Assembly: GCF_001194135.2 (NCBI RefSeq)
Contig: NC_068996.1
Span: 44,256,256-44,317,918, forward strand
DNA length: 61,663 nucleotides
Direction of reading: 5' to 3'
Origin: Octopus bimaculoides
Taxonomy: Eukaryota
The notes beneath the pieces were generated by a model that saw only the letters and a list, made by a program, of their open reading frames with translations, was not told where the DNA came from and did no database searches. Both the position numbers and the translations under genes were made by a program. Numbering within the stretch: the first letter of the stretch is position 1; each line of letters starts with the position of its first letter. This document shows positions 51,915 through 61,663 of the stretch, one piece after another.

Positions 51915-52280
51915 TATCGTGCTGGTGGCACATAAAAAGCACCATTTGAGCGCAATCGTTTCCAGCTTCGCCTTAGTGGCACTTGTGCCAGTGGCATGTG
52001 AACAAAACATTGGACTGACTCCTGTGTAGGTGGCACGTAAAAAAATACCATTTGAGCGTGGCTGTTGCCTGTACCACGGGGCTGGCTCCTGTGCCGGTGG
52101 CACGTAAAAATTACCCACTACACTCTCAGAGTGGTTGGTTTTAGGAAGGGCATCCAGCTGTAGAAACTGTGCCAAATCAGATTGGTGTCTGGTGTAGCCA
52201 TCTGGTTCACCAGTCCTCAGTCAAATCGTCCAACCCATACTAGCATGGGAAATGGATGTTAAATGATGATGATGATGATA
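51915..52280 (+). mobile_element. Family B repeat with amplified sub-repeats
   Basis: Core plus (GAT)n tail. Confidence 0.75.
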
Positions 52281-52504
52281 TATTTATTTATTTATGTGTC
52301 TTTGTGTCTGTGTTTGTCCACCCCCACTGTCACTTGACAACTGATGTTGGTGTGATTATGTCCCCATAACTTAGTGGTTCAGCAAATATGACTGATAGAA
52401 TAGGTACGAGGGGTTGGTTTCTTAGACTAAAACCCTTTAAGGTGGTATTCCAGCATGACAGCAATCTGATGATTGAAACAAGTAAAAGATAAAAGATTGT
52501 ACAT

Positions 52505-53064
52505 CAGTGATTCTCAACCAGGGTCCATATAGCTCTCGAGTATTATACAATTTTGTGAGGGTCCATGCAAGCAAAATAGTAAATTGGAGCTCCAAAGATG
52601 AATTTTAGGGGCTCATGAAAAAAAATTTTGATTTAGGTATATTTACTGCGAGAAACAGTTAGGCTTCTTTTTCTAACATTTTACATAGTTCAACCTTAAT
52701 GTGTGAAAACAAAATAGGAATTGAAGAAGAAGTTTCTATTAAATTAGGTTTTAAACATCGAAAGGCTATGGGGTTCACCAGAATAGAATAATAATAAAAG
52801 GGGTCCATAGATAAAAAAATGGTTGAGAAATTCTGCTTTAGATGTATGTATTGGTATGTATTACAAAAAACAGCTAGGTTTCTTTCTCTTACATTTTACG
52901 TAGTTCAAACTACACAACTTAATGTGTGAAAAACAAAATAGGTATTTTGAAAGAAGTTTCTATAAAACTAATTTTTAAACATAGAATGGCCATGGGGGAC
53001 CACCAAAATAAAATAGTAACGAAAGAGGTCCATAGATTTTTTAAAAAATGGTTGAGAACTACTA
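52505..53064. mobile_element. hAT (Charlie-like) MITE with two right ends
   Basis: Left TIR CAGTGATTCTCAACC; right TIR-like GGTTGAGAA at 52821 and 53050; 8-bp flanks TTGTACAT / TCGTACAT match only the outer end. Confidence 0.65.
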
Positions 53065-53471
53065 TCGTACATCGATACTAATTATAAAATGCAAATAACA
53101 TTCTGCTGAGTTGCTTCCCTTGCACACTAGTAAGTACTTTAAAAGTCTGAACAAAATTACACAGTGATTTGTACGGTAGTACTCAATGATTCTCATAACG
53201 TGGCCCATTACATGCAGTGGGAGCATAGCTTACCAGCAATCAGTAAAGAGCCATTTCTCAAGCCAAATGCAACCAAAGTTTTACTCATCACAGGCATCTC
53301 ATTAATTTGATACGTAATTATATACCTAATGAATTGCAGACTACTGGTTTCATGGATCTCTGTTGTATACTTATATATATATATATATATATACTCTAGA
53401 TAATGTACTAAGTGCACTTTTTTCCTGCGTTTTTACACATACACACACATATGCACGCATAAATATGCACA

Positions 53472-53529
<58 letters not shown>

Positions 53530-54034
53530 TACACACTTTCACTCACACAGGCACGCATGCACACACATATACACAGGCACACATATACACTCTCCCTCAC
53601 ATGCATGCACACTCTCTCTCACACACATACTTTCACTCACACACAGACATGCATGCACACACACAACACAAGTACACAGGCAAACATAGACGCTCTCTCT
53701 CACACACATGCACACATGCACTCTCTCTCATACACACACACACACACACGTACACATCTTTTGGAGCTTTACTTGTTTGGTAAGGGAGTTGATCTGAGGC
53801 TCTGTTTTGAAACTGCAGGAATTGCATCAGCCTGGAAGAGCCTGCTTAAATTATTTCAGAACAGGCTAAATCTGTTACACTTGCTTTTACATTTAATTTA
53901 TGAGCCATTGCGGTTTTTGTCACGCATTTCTGATCTGACCACTGATGCAATTCAATGCCTGTGTAATTATGTCAGTGATTAAGTCACAAATGCATGATAA
54001 AATTTTTTTTCGTAATTAGGTAATTAGGCACAGT

Positions 54035-54652
54035 GGAGGTGCAACGGCCCAGTGGTTAGGGCAGCGAACTCGCGGTCATAAGATCGCGGTTTCGATTCCC
54101 AGACCGGGCGATGTGAGTGTTTATTGAGCAAAAACACCTAAAGCTCCATGAGGCTCCGGCAGGAGATATGGTGGCGAACCCTGCTGTACTCTTTCACCAC
54201 AACTTTCTCTCTTTCTTCCTGTTTCTGTTGTGCCTGTAATTCAAAGGGTCAGCCTTGTCACACTGTGTCACGCTGAATATCCCCGAGAACTACGTTAAGG
54301 GTACACGTGTCTGTGGAGTTCTCAGCCACTTGCNNNNNNNNNNACCGGGCGATGTGAGTGTTTATTGAGCAAAAACACCTAAAGCTCCATGAGGCTCCGG
54401 CAGGAGATATGGTGGCGAACCCTGCTGTACTCTTTCACCACAACTTTCTCTCTTTCTTCCTGTTTCTGTTGTGCCTGTAATTCAAAGGGTCAGCCTTGTC
54501 ACACTGTGTCACGCTGAATATCCCCGAGAACTACGTTAAGGGTACACGTGTCTGTGGAGTTCTCAGCCACTTGCATGTTAATTTCACGAGCAGGCTGTTC
54601 CATTGATTGGATCAACTGGAACCTTCGACGTTGTAAGCGACAGAGTGCCAAC
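54035..54652 (+). mobile_element. Family C SINE (apparent internal duplication is probably an assembly overlap)
   Basis: 13-bp TSD AATTAGGCACAGT (54022-54034, 54653-54665). Confidence 0.85.
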
Positions 54653-55368
54653 AATTAGGCACAGTTATGGCTATGTGCTTATGAAGCTTGCTTCCCAACA
54701 GCTTGGTCTAGGGTTCAGCCTCAATGTGTGACGCCACGGGTACCAGATGAACACTAGTGTCAATATAAATAACTATCCAATTCCCATGAAATTCCCAGAC
54801 TTTTTACCTATAGTAAGAATAATTATTTATTTTTAGACCTAACCAAAGATACAAGCCTATGACCATATATCTCTGAGAACAAATTCTTAGATCCAATATC
54901 ATTCTTGACTGTCTCATGTCTGAAAGTATTGCAACAAGCATAGATGCAAATATTTCTGCAGTATATTTACCAAACTTGAAACTGTAACAATTTCAGTTGT
55001 TGACCTTTTCAGATTTGAATGCTAAGAACGAATGCAGCTATTAATTTAGTCTAAATTAAGCAACTCATTGATCCAGTCACAACTACTATCATGCGAACCT
55101 GGGAGACTGGTTTCATAGACAAGTTAATTATAGATAATTACTTTGAAAGGTGGTGGTGTTGGTGTTGAAAGCCCTCCCACCCTCAGTGAAAAAATATATA
55201 TAAAAAAGAAAAAATGCGAAAAAGCAAATAGAAAATATCTAAAACAGTCTGGGTTTGATAATGACTGCAATGTTTAATTTGTGACATATGAGTTCTGTTT
55301 CTAAGCTGCATAATATATGTGTGTGTGTGTGTGTGTATAGATCAAATAGAGTGAACATGCTTCAAAGC

Positions 55369-55399
<31 letters not shown>

Positions 55400-57234
55400 N
55401 NNNNNNNNNNNNNNNNNNNNNNNNNNNNNNNNNNNNNNNNNNNNNNNNNNNNNNNNNNNNNNNNNNNNNNNNNNNNNNNNNNNNNNNNNNNNNNNNNNNN
55501 NNNNNNNNNNNNNNNNNNNNNNNNNNNNNNNNNNNNNNNNNNNNNNNNNNNNNNNNNNNNNNNNNNNNNNNNNNNNNNNNNNNNNNNNNNNNNNNNNNNN
55601 NNNNNNNNNNNNNNNNNNNNNNNNNNNNNNNNNNNNNNNNNNNNNNNNNNNNNNNNNNNNNNNNNNNNNNNNNNNNNNNNNNNNNNNNNNNNNNNNNNNN
55701 NNNNNNNNNNNNNNNNNNNNNNNNNNNNNNNNNNNNNNNNNNNNNNNNNNNNNNNNNNNNNNNNNNNNNNNNNNNNNNNNNNNNNNNNNNNNNNNNNNNN
55801 NNNNNNNNNNNNNNNNNNNNNNNNNNNNNNNNNNNNNNNNNNNNNNNNNNNNNNNNNNNNNNNNNNNNNNNNNNNNNNNNNNNNNNNNNNNNNNTATATA
55901 TATGATTCTATAGGGATAGAAATGAAGCTATTATGTTCTACTGGACACAACATAATAGTTACTTTGATGTTGTTGTTATTGTTGTTGTACCCCAGTTCAG
56001 CCTTTGATCAAATGCATCCCATTCACGATCACTTTATATTTATTATTTTTGTATATTTAGAATTACATTGTCTAATGCATCCTTCTTTCTTATGAACAAT
56101 AGAGTGTGATTTCAGGAAGTGCTGGCTACTATATCTAGTAGGTTATACAACTTTTGTATACACACTTCTTTGGTGGTGGTGTTGTTCTTGTTGTTGATAC
56201 CCCAAATCTAGTTCTGATCAAACAGACTTATGCTCAAAAGGCACAAACATCCTAACATTATCAAAGACTATCCAATACGTTCTTCCTTTTTTTTTTTATT
56301 TCTATGACAATAGGTGCCGGAGTGACTGTGTGGTAAGTAGCTTGCTTACCAACCACATGGTCCCGGGTTCAGTCCCACTGTGTGGCACCTTGGGCAAGTG
56401 TCTTCTACTATAACTTTGGGCCGACCAAAGCCTTGTCAGTGGATATGGTAGACGGAAACTGAAAGAAGCCCATTGTATATATGTATATATNNNNNNNNNN
56501 NNNNNNNNNNNNNNNNNNNNNNNNNNNNNNNNNNNNNNNNNNNNNNNNNNNNNNNNNNNNNNNNNNNNNNNNNNNNNNNNNNNNNNNNNNNNNNNNNNNN
56601 NNNNNNNNNNNNNNNNNNNNNNNNNNNNNNNNNNNNNNNNNNNNNNNNNNNNNNNNNNNNNNNNNNNNNNNNNNNNNNNNNNNNNNNNNNNNNNNNNNNN
56701 NNNNNNNNNNNNNNNNNNNNNNNNNNNNNNNNNNNNNNNNNNNNNNNNNNNNNNNNNNNNNNNNNNNNNNNNNNAGTTTAACCTTTCACACATTGCATTT
56801 TCTCTAGAGTTGTTTCCCCTGCCACTGCCCTGACACTACAGGGGAGAGAACTCGTACAGTGACATGCTGCATCTACAGTGTGCTGAAGGTTAAGTGATTG
56901 CATAGAAGCTCTCTTGATTTTGGTTGTAGTGGTGATGATTGAGATGACGTAGGCTTTGGTGGCTGTAATTAGCAATTAACAGTGGAGGTTTTAGTGATGG
57001 AAACAGAAGATGAAGTGATTGCAGTACTGGAGATGCCCAGTTGTAGTCAGTTGGTTTGTATCTGTACTGACTGTATTAGTGATAGTCATGATAGTTGCTA
57101 TTGTTTAGCTCTATAAAGACACTGGAATATTCTGCTAGAACCATTTTCTTACCTTTAAATATGAAGAACTCTATTATCTGATGAAGACAGCGTCTGCTTG
57201 CTCAAAGATTTACTGCAATTCTAAATTGACACAA

Positions 57235-57565
57235 ATTTTGGCACAAGGCCAGCAATTTTGTGACAGGGAAGGGGGTAAGTCAATTACATCAACCCCAGTG
57301 TTCAAGTGGTTCTTAATTTATCGACCCTGAAAGGATGAAAGACAAAGTCGACTTCAGTGGAATTTGAACTCAGAACATAAAGTCAGACGAAATGCTGCTA
57401 AGCATTTTGCCCAGCATGCTAACAATAATAATAATGATGTTTCAAATTCTTGCACAAGGCCAGAAATTTCAGGAGATGAGGGTAAATGAATCGTATCAGT
57501 ACTCTATTTTATTGATCCCCAAAAGAATGAAAGGCAAAATCAACCTTAGCAGAATTTGAATGAGG
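57235..57565 (-). mobile_element. Two tandem family D copies (another at ~13120-13270)
   Basis: Nin-like core twice, (AAT) spacer. Confidence 0.65.
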
Positions 57566-57573
57566 AACATTAA

Positions 57574-57609
<36 letters not shown>

Positions 57610-57616
57610 TTACTAA

Positions 57617-57945
57617 GCAGGAGTGGGTGTGTGGTGAGTAACTTTCTTACCAATCACATGGTTCTGAGTTCAGTCCCACTGCATAGCACCTTCGGCAAGT
57701 GTCTTCTACTATTGCCTCAGGCCAACCAAAACCTTGCGAGTGGATTTGGTAGATGGAAACTGGACAAAGCCCATCGTTTATATGTATATGTTTTTGTGTG
57801 TGTGTTTACGTCCCTGTAACCTAGCAGTTCAACAAAAGAGACCGATAGAATAAATACTAGGCTTACAATGAATAATTTCTGTTCAACTTAAGGTGGTGCT
57901 CCAGCATGGCCGCAGTCAAATAACTGAAACAAATAAAAGGATAAA
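57617..57945 (+). mobile_element. Family A SINE with internal deletion
   Basis: Head and tail present. Confidence 0.75.
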
Positions 57946-58304
57946 CGAGTAAGCGTTTTGTCCAGTGTACTAACAGTTCTGCTGCTCACCAGTTTCGCAA
58001 TTTGTAGCAATATCGATATGTTTGCAGTCGGGTTCTGAAGTAATGTTTGTGGTAGTCAAGAGAATAAAGGATTTTTTTTTTTTTATTATATATTTATTTT
58101 GTTGTGTTATTTAAGTTACAAAAGAAGACCATTTTGCTAACATTCTGTGATAGTTTTAAGTCCCAAACCCCTTTCCTCAAACATATATAATGCAGTCAAT
58201 AGAAATGACTACTTGGACGAATAGTCTTATATCAACAGCTTGTCCTCATTCATTTGTCATTCTTCTTCCTTCATATAATTATGTACTATAAATTATATTT
58301 GCTT

Positions 58305-58790
58305 ATCACCATCATCATCATCGTTGTTTAACGTCTGCTTTCCATGCTGGCATGGGTTGGACGGTTTGACTGAGGTCTGGAAAGCCAGCAGGCTGCACCA
58401 GGCTCGATCTACAGCTGGATGCCCTTCATAATGCCAACCACTCTGAGAGTGTAGTGCATGCTTTTTATGTGCCACCGGCATGGTAGCCAGTCAGGCAGAC
58501 TTGGCATCGATAGTGCTTTTTACATGCCACTGGCACGGAGAGCCAGTCAGGCAGATCTGGCATCGACCACCTTTGGATGGTGCTATTTATGTTACTGGCA
58601 TGAGGAGCCAGTTGGGAGGCACTGGCATCAATCACATTTGGATAGTGCTTTTTGCGTGCCACCAACATGGGAGTCAGCCCGGCGGCACTAGCCACAGCTA
58701 CGATATTGATTTCACTTGACTCAACAAGTCTTCTCAAGCATATCATATTGCCCAATACATCAAGGGTACTTTAAACGGGCCAAACGTGCA
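58305..58790 (-). mobile_element. Family B repeat (further copies at ~13290, 14030, 16230, 26770, 33110, 47166)
   Basis: Core motif and (CAT)n on the + strand. Confidence 0.7.
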
Positions 58791-58989
58791 ACACTGGCAT
58801 TTACTTATAAATATAACATGCTAACATAGTTACAAGCATGACTGTGGTTAAGAAGCTTGATTTGTAACCATGTGGTTTCAAGTTCAGTCCCACTGTATGG
58901 CACATTTGGCGAGTGTTTTTTTTTTCCATAGCTCTAGGCATTCTTATGAATGAATTTGACTGGCGGAAGTCTGGCATGTATGTACATAC

Positions 58990-59026
<37 letters not shown>

Positions 59027-59259
59027 TATCTGTTCATTTCCCTCCATGGTTTGTCAACTAGTGTTGGTTTGCTTACATCCTTTTAACATAGCAGTTTGCC
59101 AAAAGGAAAGGGATAGAATAAGTTCTAGACTTTAAAAACAAATAAGTATTGTTCAATGAAACCCTTCATTGGGGCGTCAAAGCATGGCTGCAATCCAGTG
59201 AATGAAACAAGTTAAAGATAAAAGATATGATAATGTAATTTGTTTAATTCTACATTTCC

Positions 59260-59296
<37 letters not shown>

Positions 59297-59300
59297 CAAA

Positions 59301-59630
59301 GGCACATGGCTTAGTGGTTAGGGCATTGGGCTCAATCATGAGGTAGTGAATTTGATTGCCAGTCTGGGCTGCATGTTGTATTCTTAAGCAAGACACTTTA
59401 TTTCATGTAGCTCCAGTTCACTCAGCTGTAGAAATGAGTTGTGACATGACAGGTGCCTAACTGTATTGGCCTTTGCCTTTCCCTTGGATAACATTGGTGG
59501 TATAGAGAGGGGAGGTTGGTATGCATGGACGACTGCTGGTCTTCCATGAAACAACCTTGCCTGGATTTGTGCCTCAGAAGGGAACTTTTTAGGTGCAATC
59601 CGATGCTCATTCATGACCAAAGGGGGTCTT
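59301..59630 (+). mobile_element. Family E SINE flanked by (AAT)n, just upstream of the last exon
   Basis: Aligns with 24250-24585. Confidence 0.75.
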
Positions 59631-59650
59631 TACTGCTTTTAATAATAATA

Positions 59651-59681
<31 letters not shown>

Positions 59682-59717
59682 TAATAATAACTCTCTTTTT
59701 CTGATCTGGTATTGCAG

Positions 59718-59829
59718 GACTATTGGACCCTCAGGTTTTGGTTCCTAGGTCGAGCTGATGGAGTCACTAAAAAAAGGGCCTTCACTGATTACTTTCAGGA
59801 ATTAATGAACCAAGACGACTTTCCAAAAA
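59718..59829 (+). CDS. Coding exon (112 nt, phase 0 to 1): DYWTLRFWFLGRADGVTKKRAFTDYFQELMNQDDFPK; gene continues beyond it
   Basis: Acceptor ctctctttttctgatctggtattgcag, donor AAAA|gtatgt, open frame, phase matches the 27293 exon. Confidence 0.85.
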
Positions 59830-60344
59830 GTATGTTGTTTATATTGTTTTTAATATTTTAACTCCCAAGCCTTATTTCTTATTTTGTTCCAGGGTTCAAT
59901 TTCAATATCTTATCTAATTTTGATATGAATGCCATAATGTTTTTCTCTCTGTATCATGCATTAAACAAGGATCACATAGACTTTTTTTTCTCATGATCCA
60001 CTTGTAGGTCATTTTGATATCTAAGTTCATTTTATGAACTTCACCTTCTAGTGGATCATAAAATAAACTCAAATTCTTGGCTATTTTATCCAGAAGTAGG
60101 CACATCTATTTTATTCAAAATCTTTAAAAAATAACATGGTTGATTTCCTTGGTACATAAAATGTATTCTGTTCCCTTCTGTTAATTTTATATTCTGTTCA
60201 ATCAGTCATTTTATCAATATGATATAAATGCGAACAATCAAAAGAAAATGCAAGGAAAATTACAAAATATATGAAAAAAATAGAAGTTCTGGTGGACCGT
60301 AATTAGTAGTTTAAGCAACAATAACATGCCAACTCCCAAAAGGG

Positions 60345-60640
60345 CTCATCATCATCATCGTCATCATCGTCATCGTTTAACGTCCACTTTCCATGCTAGC
60401 ATGGGATTGGACGATTTGACTGAGGACTGGTGAAACCAGATGGCTACACCAGGCTCCAATCTGATTTGGCAGAGTTTCTTCAGCTGGATGCCCTTCCTAA
60501 TGCCAACCACTCTGAGAGTGTAATGGGTGCTTTTACATGCCACCGGCACAAGGGCCAGTCACACGGTACTGGCAACGACCACGCTCAAAATGGTGTATTT
60601 TTAGGTGCCACCTGCACAGGAGCCAGGCCAGCGGCACTGG
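60345..60640 (-). mobile_element. Family B repeat
   Basis: Near-identical to 12008-12240 and 50915-51215. Confidence 0.8.
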
Positions 60641-61043
60641 TAACAAAAAGAAATAATGAGGTGGCAAACATAGCACCATGACCCTGTGATGGGTAATGTG
60701 GGAATTGATGTGTTTAAGAAATTCTTCTATTGGTGCACATTTCAGTATTCTACACATAAGGAAAGTAGGAAAGCGGTTGTTGTTGATAATCTCTTGGACC
60801 CGAGAAAGATGATTCCACAACTTCTTGTTGAACACTCTATACAAAAGCATTTGTACATTAGCTCCCTCCCTCCATCAAACCAACGTTACTTGGACAGATA
60901 TATGGTGTACCACACACACAGACATTGCATAGATATATGTATGTATATAATGGAATCTCCTGTCAAAGATGATGGATGAGCATTCAGCTGAATGACCTGC
61001 ACACACACAAGTACATGTACATACACCGATAGACAGACAGGCA

Positions 61044-61113
<70 letters not shown>

Positions 61114-61474
61114 ATACTCAATCATAGTACAATATGAACTAGAAAATATAAGTAAAATTTAAACTGGTTTAATCCATTTGTTGTGGAATTTGAAAACAAT
61201 GTGAATACATTTAGTTAATTACTTTATACAGAGAGAAATTAATGAGGATTTTTCGACATATTTCATAGCTTGTTGATTACTCAGAAGACAAGTACCCCTA
61301 ACTCCATTGGCCCATAAAGAAAGCATTTAATTCAATCACTGTGCCAAGACTAACTTGCATGTTATGTATTTATCAGTGACACAAATTAGATAATTGATAT
61401 TTATGTATAATAGAATTTGATTTAAAAAACCTGAGATAAATATAAAGTGCGTGTATGGTAAATGCATACATATA

Positions 61475-61663
61475 GGCACAGAAGTAGTTTTGTGGTAAGT
61501 AGCTTGCTTACTAACCACATGGTTCTGGGTTCAGTCCCACTGCGTGGCACCTTGGGCAAGTGTCTTCTACTATAGCCTTGGGCAAGTGTCTTCTACTATA
61601 GCCTTGGGCCAACCAAAGCCTTCTGAGTGGATTTGGTAGATGGAAACTGAAAGAAGCCCATAG
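61475..61663 (+). mobile_element. Family A SINE 5' half with 26-bp internal duplication; runs off the window
   Basis: cttgggcaagtgtcttctactatagc repeated at 61551-61602. Confidence 0.8.

Noticed and set aside
54344-54573. Apparent tandem duplication within the family C SINE
   Set aside because: Identical to the sequence just before a 10-N gap; typical unmerged contig overlap.
57176-57205. CTGATGAAG as another hammerhead (also 4767, 28195, 44651)
   Set aside because: No helix II followed by GAAA and no helix I complement.
60680-60900. Unique sequence open on both strands (MGNVGIDVFKK... / MLLYRVFNKKLW...)
   Set aside because: No good splice sites, phase does not follow the 59829 donor, no recognisable motif; could be a decayed TE.

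Overview
AT-rich, microsatellite-dense animal genomic DNA with many N gaps; the repeat complement points to a cephalopod, most likely Octopus (inference). Nothing is prokaryotic: no operons, no CRISPR. The window appears to be mostly introns of one + strand gene absent from the ORF track. Four phase-compatible exons (4980-4992, 15544-15687, 27293-27378, 59718-59829) splice into a 118-codon N-terminus (MMLSDIVMTASRHEDC...DYWTLRFWFLG...QDDFPK) that I cannot name. The introns hold at least five SINE-like families (my labels A-E), R4/Dong-, RTE- and L2/CR1-group LINE fragments, piggyBac and Helitron coding remnants, hAT and piggyBac MITEs, and Helentron-type non-autonomous elements. The most unusual objects are (1) a TSD-bounded element at 6848-7250 combining a tRNA-derived Pol III head with Penelope-type minimal hammerhead ribozymes in inverted arrangement, (2) a 28S rRNA fragment captured with a fold-back inside a SINE at about 37530-37765, and (3) (TAA)n/(TTA)n-associated stacking of LINEs and SINEs with opposite strand polarity. 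Repeat boundaries were set by eye and are approximate.
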